Assembly (NCBI RefSeq): GCF_003966335.1
Contig: NZ_CP034549.1
Location: forward strand, 930,001 to 962,000
DNA: 32,000 bases
DNA from: Nonlabens ponticola
GTDB taxonomy: Bacteria > Bacteroidota > Bacteroidia > Flavobacteriales > Flavobacteriaceae
Reading direction: 5' to 3'
Shown here: positions 1 to 7,429 of the stretch, piece by piece
How positions within the stretch are numbered: position 1 is the first letter of the stretch
Layout: every line of letters starts with the position of its first letter
The notes under the pieces: model-generated
The model's input: the letters and a program-made list of their open reading frames with translations, nothing else
Databases searched by the model: none
Told to the model about the DNA's origin: nothing
Translations under genes and position numbers: made by a program

Positions 1-390
1 GAGCTTCAACCAGTTTTCTTGTAGGTATGCTTTCTTTTCTTCATCTGGCTTTTTGCGCAGCTCAATCAACTCACTGACGATGGTAGAAAGTGATTTGTCA
101 GACGGCTCGCTGGTGGTAGGTAGAATCAACGCAATGGTTTCTGCGAGGTCACCAACAATATGGTAGGATTCTTCAAACAACCACATGGGAATACCGCTGA
201 TCTCAATCGCCCATTCTCTCATGAGGGTTGTGTTCACTGGTCGTTTAGGTCTGCGATGTGATAGAATGGCGATGGTCCATAGCTTGTCATCTTCAGGCGC
301 TGTGTTAAAGTACTCGGTTAGCGCGGCTACCTTGAGCGTAGTTTTATTGGTGCCATCAATGGTTCTTATGAGTTCTGCGAATTGTTTCAC
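1..390 (-). CDS. ATP-dependent DNA ligase, N-terminal part (partial, continues beyond left edge)
   Basis: Absent from the ORF track because it runs off the window. My reverse-complement translation from 390 down to 1 is open for 130 codons: VKQFAELIRTIDGTNKTTLKVAALTEYFNTAPEDDKLWTIAILSHRRPKRPVNTTLMREWAIEISGIPMWLFEESYHIVGDLAETIALILP... This matches the N-terminal region I recall for ATP-dependent DNA ligases encoded next to the ligase-associated exonuclease. GTG at 388-390 is the only plausible start after the in-frame stop at 418-420. Confidence 0.8.
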   Translation of the reverse strand, partial: MKQFAELIRTIDGTNKTTLKVAALTEYFNTAPEDDKLWTIAILSHRRPKRPVNTTLMREWAIEISGIPMWLFEESYHIVGDLAETIALILPTTSEPSDKSLSTIVSELIELRKKPDEEKKAYLQENWLKL

Positions 391-531
391 ACGATTAAAT
401 TTAAACTCAAGTTCAAATCAAAACTCAAATGGTTTTCCTTATTTAATTTGTAAGGCATATTGTTTGAGGAAGAGCTCACTATATTCAAAGAGATCATGAC
501 TTTAAATTGATTTTTAAATTTTAGTTTTGAT

Positions 532-1566
532 TTAATTTTTGTCGGGTTCCAACTCGGCTTCAGGCTCAGATTCATTGAGTGTTTCGCCTTCATATTGCGT
601 GCGCTCACTGATAGCGTTGAGGCCCTTTTCTTCTCTCAAGTATCTAGCGAAAATCTCTTGATATCCATGTGTGGTAATCACGTTTTCACAGCCGGTGGCA
701 TCAATGCTTTGTAGCAAACCATCCCAATCGCAATGGTCTGATAGAACAAAGCCTTTATCTATGGCCCGCCTGCGGCGCGCACCACGAAAGGTCATCCAGC
801 CGCTAGCGCTTGCTGTCGCGTAGGGAACAAATTTGCGCATCCACGCGCTACCGTGTGCACTAGGTGGAGCAACCACGATGTTGCCTATCAAGTCTTTCTT
901 AGGTGTTTCCCTAGTGACTAAATGCGTCTCAGGAAAATCGATGAGTTCGCGCAGTACCTCGGTCATTTTATAAACGGCGCCATGGCAATAGATTTTCATC
1001 TTACTGGTGTCTAGATGTTTGATAAGTCGTTGTGCTTTGCCTAGCGAATATGCAAATAGGATAGAGGTCTTGCCTTCGGCGTGGTTTTGTGCGCACCACT
1101 CGTTGACATCGCTCATGACCTCAGTCTGTGGTCGCCATTTGAATGCTGGTAATCCAAAGGTGCATTCTGTTATAAAAGTGTTGCATTTGATGGGCTCATA
1201 AGGGGTTGAGATACCGTCATCTTCCGTTTTATAATCTCCTGTAAAAACCCAGACTTCGTCTTTGTGTTCTACCCTAATTTGGCAGGATCCTGGAATATGA
1301 CCAGCAGGATGGAAGCTGAACTTGACGTTGTTGATGTGCAAGCTTTCGCCGTGAGCGATTCCTGAAACATTAATATCACCCAGCCTGTGACTAATGATGG
1401 GCACGTTATCGTGATGTGTGATGTATTTCTTGTGACCCCAGCGACTGTGATCTGCATGGCCGTGTGTAATTAATGCTTTGTCCACAGGTTTCCATGGATC
1501 TAGGTAAACATCTGCAGCATGGCAATAGATGCCGTGGTCTGTAAATTTAAGTAAGGGCTCGCTCAT
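532..1566 (-). CDS. ligase-associated DNA damage response exonuclease (metallo-beta-lactamase / beta-CASP fold)
   Basis: 344 aa ORF with ATG start. It has the MBL motif ITHGHADHSRW near the N-terminus. Length and sequence are typical of the exonuclease found with Lhr-type helicase and ATP-dependent ligase. It sits directly upstream of the ligase gene on the same strand. Confidence 0.85.
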   Translation of the reverse strand: MSEPLLKFTDHGIYCHAADVYLDPWKPVDKALITHGHADHSRWGHKKYITHHDNVPIISHRLGDINVSGIAHGESLHINNVKFSFHPAGHIPGSCQIRVEHKDEVWVFTGDYKTEDDGISTPYEPIKCNTFITECTFGLPAFKWRPQTEVMSDVNEWCAQNHAEGKTSILFAYSLGKAQRLIKHLDTSKMKIYCHGAVYKMTEVLRELIDFPETHLVTRETPKKDLIGNIVVAPPSAHGSAWMRKFVPYATASASGWMTFRGARRRRAIDKGFVLSDHCDWDGLLQSIDATGCENVITTHGYQEIFARYLREEKGLNAISERTQYEGETLNESEPEAELEPDKN

Positions 1567-1617
1567 TGCTTAAAAATAACAAGCGATGCAGGCAGTGACG
1601 TGCGGTTTAAGAGAAGT

Positions 1618-2163
1618 TTATGCGGTAGTCGTGTCAAGCGCTTCATCACTTGCGGCAGGTGGCAAATCATTTTTAAGATCTTCCAAAGCTTGTCGCTGGT
1701 TGCGGTCATACTCTTCTTTCTCATTCATGGCCGCGATCAATTGATCTGTGGCTAGAATGATGCCATTGTACCGATCCTGATGCTCACTCGCGGTGCGAGT
1801 TGTGTATGATAAGTAGGATTCATAGCTTCTAGAACGAACGAGCAATACCTTGATGCGTGATTTGATACGTTGCTCATCAAAGGCATCGGGAACGTTTTCC
1901 AGCATGGATTCAGCATGTGTCGCTAGTCGCGTTGTGGCCGCCTTACTGTGATCATAGTTTTCTAAAGCAGTCTGAAACCTTTCAAATTCTTGCCAGTCGC
2001 TGGCGCTTGCCCTCGCATCACCTACTAGCGATATTTGTTGTTGTGCAAACTCAATCTCAGATAGGTTTAGGTCTGTGGTTTCTGTGCTAACATCATCTTC
2101 CTGATTATTGCAACTCACTAATGATGTGAGAAAAACGGTCAAAATGAAATAGCAATAGCGCAT
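1618..2163 (-). CDS. hypothetical lipoprotein
   Basis: The ORF track starts at a TTG (2184). I prefer ATG at 2161-2163, giving MRYCYFILTVFLTSLVSC with a lipobox-like LVSC. The TTG lies inside a perfect TAnnTTTG -7 box at 2182-2189, located 19 nt upstream of the ATG. The rest is acidic and helical with no recognisable catalytic motif. Confidence 0.6.
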   Translation of the reverse strand: MRYCYFILTVFLTSLVSCNNQEDDVSTETTDLNLSEIEFAQQQISLVGDARASASDWQEFERFQTALENYDHSKAATTRLATHAESMLENVPDAFDEQRIKSRIKVLLVRSRSYESYLSYTTRTASEHQDRYNGIILATDQLIAAMNEKEEYDRNQRQALEDLKNDLPPAASDEALDTTTA

Positions 2164-2181
2164 GTAAAAGATTGTAAGGTT

Positions 2182-2189
2182 CAAATTTA
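2182..2189 (-). promoter_or_regulatory. Bacteroidota -7 promoter box TAAATTTG
   Basis: The reverse complement of caaattta is TAAATTTG, which matches TAnnTTTG. It lies 19 nt upstream of ATG 2163 and just downstream of the terminator of the preceding gene. Confidence 0.45.
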
Positions 2190-2196
2190 AGTATAA

Positions 2197-2226
2197 AAAA
2201 ACACCGTTTCTAATAACGGTGTTTTA
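2197..2226 (-). terminator. rho-independent terminator downstream of 2248-2943
   Basis: acaccgtt (2201-2208) pairs with aacggtgt (2215-2222) around a 6-nt loop. It is flanked by an A-run (plus strand), which is a T-run on the minus-strand transcript (TTTTTTATAC). Confidence 0.6.
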
Positions 2227-2247
2227 TAGTTTGAGGTGTGCAATCAA

Positions 2248-2943
2248 CTAATTACTATCTAGTTCTTCATTATATTCTACTGCTGCGTCTTCATATCGCT
2301 GCATGGTAGTTTTTTTATCATCAATGTTATTGATTTCTTCTAGATATTCTTCCATCGCGTCTTCTTGATTATCGACATATTTGGCACGTGCTTGCGCAAT
2401 TTCTTTGGCTAGATCGTCATATGCTTCTTGGATTTCTTCAAGATTTTCCATGTTTTCTTTGCGCGTGGTTGTTGGGATGGCAACCTCTTTTTCAAATTCA
2501 GTAATTTCTTTATTGACGTCTGCGATAGCATCGCGTACATCATCAACCATTAAATATGCAGGTATGGTACTCATGAGAATATTATAGTCGGCACGCAATT
2601 GCTGGGTGCTAGTCATGACTTTTTCATCAGGTGTATTTCTCAATTCCTCAAGATCAGCATTAACGGTGCTGTAGACCGTCCAGCCCTTAACTTGCGTGGC
2701 GCGATCATTCTCAACGGCTACTGCATTACTAAAATCACTGCGCAACCGTTGTGCATCCTCGTTAGAGTAGCGGCGCACTGGTTCCTGATCGTTAGTTGCA
2801 AATTGCTGTGTGTCATTATCATCATTATTCATCACCGCAGTATCCATCGCGTTGTTATCAATGCCATCTGATGGATCCTCGTTTGTTTTACAAGCTGTTA
2901 GTGCCATTGCGAGGAGAGCGGTTGTAAGAATATAATTTTTCAT
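2248..2943 (-). CDS. hypothetical acidic lipoprotein
   Basis: 231 aa with ATG start. Signal peptide MKNYILTTALLAMALTAC with a lipobox cysteine. The mature part is very acidic (D/E rich) and helical. Confidence 0.65.
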   Translation of the reverse strand: MKNYILTTALLAMALTACKTNEDPSDGIDNNAMDTAVMNNDDNDTQQFATNDQEPVRRYSNEDAQRLRSDFSNAVAVENDRATQVKGWTVYSTVNADLEELRNTPDEKVMTSTQQLRADYNILMSTIPAYLMVDDVRDAIADVNKEITEFEKEVAIPTTTRKENMENLEEIQEAYDDLAKEIAQARAKYVDNQEDAMEEYLEEINNIDDKKTTMQRYEDAAVEYNEELDSN

Positions 2944-2960
2944 GCGTTTAACATTTGAGT

Positions 2961-2968
2961 CAAAATTA
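2961..2968 (-). promoter_or_regulatory. Bacteroidota -7 promoter box TAATTTTG
   Basis: The reverse complement of caaaatta is TAATTTTG (TAnnTTTG), 18 nt upstream of ATG 2943. Confidence 0.45.
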
Positions 2969-3088
2969 TGAACAAAGGTGCCGTTGGTACTGCTTATCTT
3001 TTAATAAATGAAAGTTAACTTATGTTATAGTGCGTGTAGGAATTTTTACCATTCATACATATTATCGAGTTTTTGAGTTGTTGGTTTG

Positions 3089-3110
3089 TTACGCTTTCGC
3101 GAAAGCGTAA
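3089..3110. repeat. palindromic element copy 1 (TTACGCTTTCGCGAAAGCGTAA), intergenic
   Basis: Perfect 22-bp palindrome in the divergent promoter region between 2943 and 3184. It contains the 15-mer CGCTTTCGCGAAAGC shared by all seven copies. Confidence 0.9.
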
Positions 3111-3159
3111 TCATTATCGTCCTATCCACACTAAAGTTACATTATGGTAGTACTAGCAC

Positions 3160-3167
3160 TATATTTG
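3160..3167 (+). promoter_or_regulatory. Bacteroidota -7 promoter box TATATTTG
   Basis: Exact TAnnTTTG match 17 nt upstream of the TTG start at 3184. Confidence 0.45.
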
Positions 3168-3183
3168 CTCAAAATTTAAAAGA

Positions 3184-4122
3184 TTGGGTAAGAAAATACT
3201 AGTCATAGGTGCCTGTGGGCAAATAGGAACGGAGCTGACCATGCGACTGCGCGAGTTATATGGTAATGATGCGGTTATCGCTGGTGACATTAGAGAAGGA
3301 AGTGAGGAATTGATGGCGAGCGGTCCATTTGAGATCATGGATGCCATGGATGGAAACCAGGTTGAAGATATATGCTTACACTATGAGATTGAAGAGGTCT
3401 ATCTTATGGCTGCCATGTTGAGCGCGACTGGCGAGAAATATCCTGACAAAGCGTGGAAACTCAACATGAACAGCTTGTTCAATGTGCTGGATCTGGGTAA
3501 GGAGAAGAAAATAGACAAAATATTTTGGCCATCGAGTATTGCGGTTTTTGGCCCGACAACGCCGCAGGAAAACACACCACAACATACCGTTATGGAGCCT
3601 ACTACTGTTTATGGTATAAGCAAACAGACTGGTGAACGCTGGTGTCAATACTATCACGATAAATATGGTGTTGATGTACGATCCATACGCTACCCTGGAT
3701 TGATATCCTGGAAAACATTGCCTGGTGGTGGCACAACAGATTATGCCGTAGATATTTTCCATAAGGCAGCCGCTGGCGAGAATTATGAATGCTTTTTAAA
3801 GGATGATACGCAGTTGCCTATGATGTATATGGAAGATGCTATACGAGCCACTGTAGAAATAATGGAAGCGCCCGCGGAAGCAGTCAAGGAACGTTCATCT
3901 TACAACCTATCAGGAATGAGCTTTACACCAGCGCAAATAGCTAATGCTATTAAGGTCCATAAGCCAGCCTTTGAAGTGAGCTATCAGCCGGATTATCGCC
4001 AAGCAATCGCTGACAGCTGGCCAGGTTCTATTAATGATGATGCCGCAAGAAAAGACTGGCAATGGCAGCCACAATTTGAACTGGAAACCATGGTTGCCGA
4101 GATGTTAAAACATCTTTCTTAA
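3184..4122 (+). CDS. L-threonine 3-dehydrogenase-like NAD-dependent epimerase/dehydratase (extended SDR)
   Basis: 312 aa. N-terminal Rossmann motif KILVIGACGQIGTEL and a YGISK catalytic motif. Overall it resembles the UDP-glucose-4-epimerase-like threonine dehydrogenases common in Flavobacteriia. It starts at TTG and there is no in-frame ATG upstream. Confidence 0.7.
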   Translation: MGKKILVIGACGQIGTELTMRLRELYGNDAVIAGDIREGSEELMASGPFEIMDAMDGNQVEDICLHYEIEEVYLMAAMLSATGEKYPDKAWKLNMNSLFNVLDLGKEKKIDKIFWPSSIAVFGPTTPQENTPQHTVMEPTTVYGISKQTGERWCQYYHDKYGVDVRSIRYPGLISWKTLPGGGTTDYAVDIFHKAAAGENYECFLKDDTQLPMMYMEDAIRATVEIMEAPAEAVKERSSYNLSGMSFTPAQIANAIKVHKPAFEVSYQPDYRQAIADSWPGSINDDAARKDWQWQPQFELETMVAEMLKHLS

Positions 4123-4149
4123 ATCACTTTACCAGCCATAGCAGTTGAT

Positions 4150-4157
4150 TATATTTG
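4150..4157 (+). promoter_or_regulatory. Bacteroidota -7 promoter box TATATTTG
   Basis: Exact TAnnTTTG match 22 nt upstream of ATG 4179. Confidence 0.45.
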
Positions 4158-4178
4158 TAGCACTTTTAAATTAAGAAT

Positions 4179-4604
4179 ATGTCCTTTTCATCATTATTTG
4201 AGTCTGGAGAAAGCGCCAGGAATAGAAGTCACTTTGCATCATTAGTAAGCATCGCACAATCGTCTGGATTGAAAGATGAAGAGAGTACTTTATTATCACG
4301 ATACAAATCAGTTCTTGATATCAATGATTCTGACTATGAAGAGATTATGAAAGATCCTTCAAAGTTTCCTGTTTTTCCACCTAATACGAGCGAAGAGCGC
4401 ATTCAATGGTTGCATGATCTTTTCAAAATCGTTTTTGCTGACCATGAGATGGATGAAACTGAGCACAAGTTGCTCAAGAAGTACGCCGTAGCTCTAGGGT
4501 TTAACGATGAAGACGCTACTTACTTGACGGAGCGTTCCATTGAGATATTTACTGGTCACCTGAGTCTAGAGGACTACCGTTACCTACTCAACAAAAACAG
4601 ATAG
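4179..4604 (+). CDS. TerB-family (tellurite-resistance-like) protein
   Basis: 141 aa. Its pattern is typical of the small flavobacterial TerB/DjlA-N-like proteins (SLVSIAQSSG...EESTLL...LFKIVFADHEMDETEHKLLKKYAVALGF). Assigned from remembered family features only. Confidence 0.5.
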   Translation: MSFSSLFESGESARNRSHFASLVSIAQSSGLKDEESTLLSRYKSVLDINDSDYEEIMKDPSKFPVFPPNTSEERIQWLHDLFKIVFADHEMDETEHKLLKKYAVALGFNDEDATYLTERSIEIFTGHLSLEDYRYLLNKNR

Positions 4605-4613
4605 GTTATCTGT
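4597..4613. terminator. short hairpin embedding both convergent stop codons (candidate bidirectional terminator)
   Basis: acagata (4597-4603) pairs with tatctgt (4607-4613) around a 3-nt loop. There is an A-run 5' and an AT/T-rich stretch 3'. The TAG of 4179-4604 and the TAA of 4606-6081 both lie inside it. The stem is AT-rich and weak. Confidence 0.3.
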
Positions 4614-6081
4614 ATAATTTGAGGTCTACCGTGTTGTAGATAACCTGCAAAAGGTCATCGTCTGTGTAAGGTTTGCCTAGAACCGCATGATAGCCGTTGC
4701 GCAAATACTTTTTGTTTTCTTTACCGTCGTTGTTCAAAGAAAGTGCTAGATACTTAAGAGTACGATTACTCATGTTACGTACACTTTTCATCATTTTTAA
4801 GAGCTCTATGGCGTCTGTTTGATTGATGCTATTGGCAACTATGATGAGATCTAGATCATCGTCTGTCTCTACCATATCTATTATTTTTCTGGCATCTGTA
4901 AGCACGTAGGTGTCAAAATTTTTGGTAGTAGTCAGGATTTTTACAGCTGTCATTTGTGCTGCTGCCTGATCTTCAACAATAAGCGTCTTGATTTTGCGCT
5001 TAAGGTTAACTGCTGCAATTTCATTCAAAACAGTGGTCTTGACTGAACCTGATTTCGAAACAGGTGCCTTGAAATTCAGTGCGTAAGAAATGGTGCCAGC
5101 GTCAGAGACATCGATACTTAAAGAGGCATTCATCAAGTCCAGCAATTCTCTACAAATGTTAAGCCCTAGGTTTTTAGATGCTTTAAGTCGAATTTCTTCT
5201 TTGGACTTTGTAATTATTGTTGAATTGTCAGCTGCAAATATTTGATCTATGGTGATTGATATACTTGAAATATTGGCTCTGCGCTGCAGTTCACTCACCT
5301 TAACTTCAATAGTATGATCATGAGATTGATAGATGACAAATCTCAATAAATGATTGATTGACTGCAGTAATTTATCAGGGTCGCCTGAGATGTAAGACGG
5401 GACATTTTTATCGATTGACACGTTTAATCGCGATCCCAGTAATCTCAATTGATTTTCAAAACCATCCAAAGCTGTGTCTAAAAGTTCCTTTAAAGAAAAT
5501 GCTGCCTGATTAAATTTGATAGACAAACCGCTGCTGTGAGAGGCTTGCTGCATGCCTTCTACCAGGCTTAATATTCCAGACACTTGTGACCTAATAGAAG
5601 TCATTAATTGTTCTTGCTCAAGGCTTAATGGAGACTTTGCCATCATGCTAGAAAAAGCATGAATTAAAGTTAATGGATTGCGTATCTCACTAGAGAAATT
5701 CTCTAGAAATTGGTCTTTAAAAGTATCGCGCTCTTTAAGTAAATCATTCTTGAGCTGTAAGATCTCATTGAATATGAGTGACTCATTCTTGCGCTGGGCA
5801 ATACTTTGAATCCGGTCATAAATAGTGGTAACATCAGCTAGCTTTAAATTTAATCGTTGGGACGTGTAAAGATGAGCCGTGATATCATAAACCTTATCAT
5901 CTATGTGAACCCCATTGAAGGTAGTAGCCTCTTGTAAGTTGTTTGAGTCGATAAATAGAGATTCAAAAAACGGATGAACGTTTGTAATGGCCTCACCAAC
6001 TTGCAGTTCAAAATAATCTTGATTGGATGCTAGAATGATTCCTTTCTCATCACATATGATATTTGCGTATAGATCACTCAT
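4606..6081 (-). CDS. degenerate hybrid histidine kinase / receiver protein (predicted phosphorelay-inactive)
   Basis: 491 aa with these regions in order:
- a PAS-like N-terminus
- a coiled coil
- a DHp H-box-like FLENFSSEIRNPL, where the expected SHEIRTPL histidine is Ser
- an HATPase-like region with N-box LLQSINHLLRFVIYQS (Asn replaced), no DxGxG box, and G2 reduced to SKNLGLNICRELLDLMNASLSIDVSDAGTISYALNF
- a C-terminal receiver-like domain (TLIVEDQ...DLIIVANSI...ALSL...LGKPY) whose phospho-acceptor Asp position is Ala. Confidence 0.7.
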   Translation of the reverse strand: MSDLYANIICDEKGIILASNQDYFELQVGEAITNVHPFFESLFIDSNNLQEATTFNGVHIDDKVYDITAHLYTSQRLNLKLADVTTIYDRIQSIAQRKNESLIFNEILQLKNDLLKERDTFKDQFLENFSSEIRNPLTLIHAFSSMMAKSPLSLEQEQLMTSIRSQVSGILSLVEGMQQASHSSGLSIKFNQAAFSLKELLDTALDGFENQLRLLGSRLNVSIDKNVPSYISGDPDKLLQSINHLLRFVIYQSHDHTIEVKVSELQRRANISSISITIDQIFAADNSTIITKSKEEIRLKASKNLGLNICRELLDLMNASLSIDVSDAGTISYALNFKAPVSKSGSVKTTVLNEIAAVNLKRKIKTLIVEDQAAAQMTAVKILTTTKNFDTYVLTDARKIIDMVETDDDLDLIIVANSINQTDAIELLKMMKSVRNMSNRTLKYLALSLNNDGKENKKYLRNGYHAVLGKPYTDDDLLQVIYNTVDLKLYR

Positions 6082-6107
6082 AATAGGGTTTTGTATGGGT
6101 TGACGAT

Positions 6108-6587
6108 CTAAACAATCATTTTTGCCATTTTTTCAAATAGCCTGTTAACATTACTATCTTCCTTGGCGCTTACCATGAAGTCGGCGAAATCTAACTCGGC
6201 AGCTTTTTGTTTAATCGTTCCAGGCGTGAGTAGATCTGTTTTATTAAGGGCAACTAATATGGGCACATTATCAAACTCTTTTTCTAGATATTCTTTGTCT
6301 TCTTTTACTCTTGCATAAGAATTAGGTCTGGTAACATCGCCTACATAGATAAAACCGTGAGCACCTTTTAGATAAGAATTTCTAATCTGGTCTATATTTT
6401 CAGTTCCTTCAGTATCCCAAAGAATGAGTTTTATTTCCTCATCATTGATGACAACAGTTTTTTTGAGAATATGAACTCCTATCGTGACTTTATAATCTTC
6501 TGAGAACAGGCCTTCAACATACTTTCTTAGTAAGGATGTTTTGCCTACACCAAAGAGACCTAAAACAACAATCTTTTTTGTTTTCAT
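6108..6587 (-). CDS. Rab/Ras-like small GTPase
   Basis: 159 aa with these motifs:
- G1: GLFGVGKTS
- switch I: YKVTIGV (Rab-like TIGVDF)
- G3: LWDTEGTE
- Rab-like: YLKGAHGFIYVGDVT
- G4: NKTD
- G5: SAKE

Its start overlaps the stop of the upstream gene (ATGA at 6584-6587). Confidence 0.85.
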   Translation of the reverse strand: MKTKKIVVLGLFGVGKTSLLRKYVEGLFSEDYKVTIGVHILKKTVVINDEEIKLILWDTEGTENIDQIRNSYLKGAHGFIYVGDVTRPNSYARVKEDKEYLEKEFDNVPILVALNKTDLLTPGTIKQKAAELDFADFMVSAKEDSNVNRLFEKMAKMIV

Positions 6588-7417
6588 GAAGAGATTTGTA
6601 CTGAGTTTTGTGAATATATCTTAATCAAGATAGAATCTAGATCTTCCTTGTTGTCTTTACTTTTTAACTCATTGATCATCGCACTTACTTTCAATGCTAG
6701 ATCGTCAATTTCACTCTCTAATCTTTCTGTAATAGTGCCGCTTACAGCAGTGGCTATGTAGTAGTTAGGCGTATTGAATAAATGTATTTGATATAGATCG
6801 TATTCAATGCTGGTAAGCTTTTGATTATGTTCTAAAAATGCATCCTCTACAAATGATTTTATGGCCGTTAGCATACCGCTCACCATATCTTCATCCATAG
6901 TTGATTTCTCAAAAAAGCTGCCTAGTAAAATCCCAGAGTCAGAATCAATAACAAACACTTGATCAATTTTTGCAGACGCCGTCTCTGATAAAATAATCTC
7001 ATGTTCCTTTACTCCTGTAAACTTTGAGATGATTCGTCTTTTCCAGCTGTCAAACGATAAGTTTTCTTTTGTTTTTTGATCTATTTTTTCTGATAGAATC
7101 TTTATTTCTTGAGCGATGTATTTTTTGATCATTTGACCAAGGATTGGGTACAGCGCTTCTACCACTTCATCACGAGATTCTGCTATTTGTTTTTTAAGGG
7201 TTTTTGTAATTACAGGACCTAATTCCTGCGGTATATTTCTAGCAAACTCTTTGAGCTCATCCTCGATGATGGGATGTAATTTTTCTTCAAGTTTACTTCT
7301 TGTAGAGATGGTATCTTCTAGGATCTCGATCTTTTGCGCAATACTGTCTGCATAGTCGCGCTCATCTGTAAGTAATAGATGCTTTAAAAGTTCGAGTTTA
7401 TCCGCTTCTTCCATCAT
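6584..7417 (-). CDS. coiled-coil protein with C-terminal Roadblock/LC7 (MglB)-like domain
   Basis: 277 aa. The N-terminal half is helical/coiled-coil. The C-terminal ~110 aa (IDQVFVIDSDSGILLGSFFEKSTMDEDMVSGMLTAIKSFVEDAF...YQIHLFNTPNYYIATAVSGTITERLESEIDDLALKV) aligns by eye with the MglB/Roadblock pattern (VVFLVDKNGQLISSAG...LASLTAGNVAAMGGLAKL...LYMTIVGSRVVLVVIFD). The domain call is an inference. Confidence 0.55.
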   Translation of the reverse strand: MMEEADKLELLKHLLLTDERDYADSIAQKIEILEDTISTRSKLEEKLHPIIEDELKEFARNIPQELGPVITKTLKKQIAESRDEVVEALYPILGQMIKKYIAQEIKILSEKIDQKTKENLSFDSWKRRIISKFTGVKEHEIILSETASAKIDQVFVIDSDSGILLGSFFEKSTMDEDMVSGMLTAIKSFVEDAFLEHNQKLTSIEYDLYQIHLFNTPNYYIATAVSGTITERLESEIDDLALKVSAMINELKSKDNKEDLDSILIKIYSQNSVQISS

Positions 7418-7429
7418 TAGAATGCGGTT

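Noticed and set aside
185-608. Track ORFs 185-499 (+, 104 aa) and 387-608 (-, 73 aa)
   Set aside because: The first is antisense to the clearly recognisable DNA ligase reading frame. The second spans the AT-rich spacer and the 3' end of the exonuclease in a different frame. Both have low-complexity, non-protein-like sequences.
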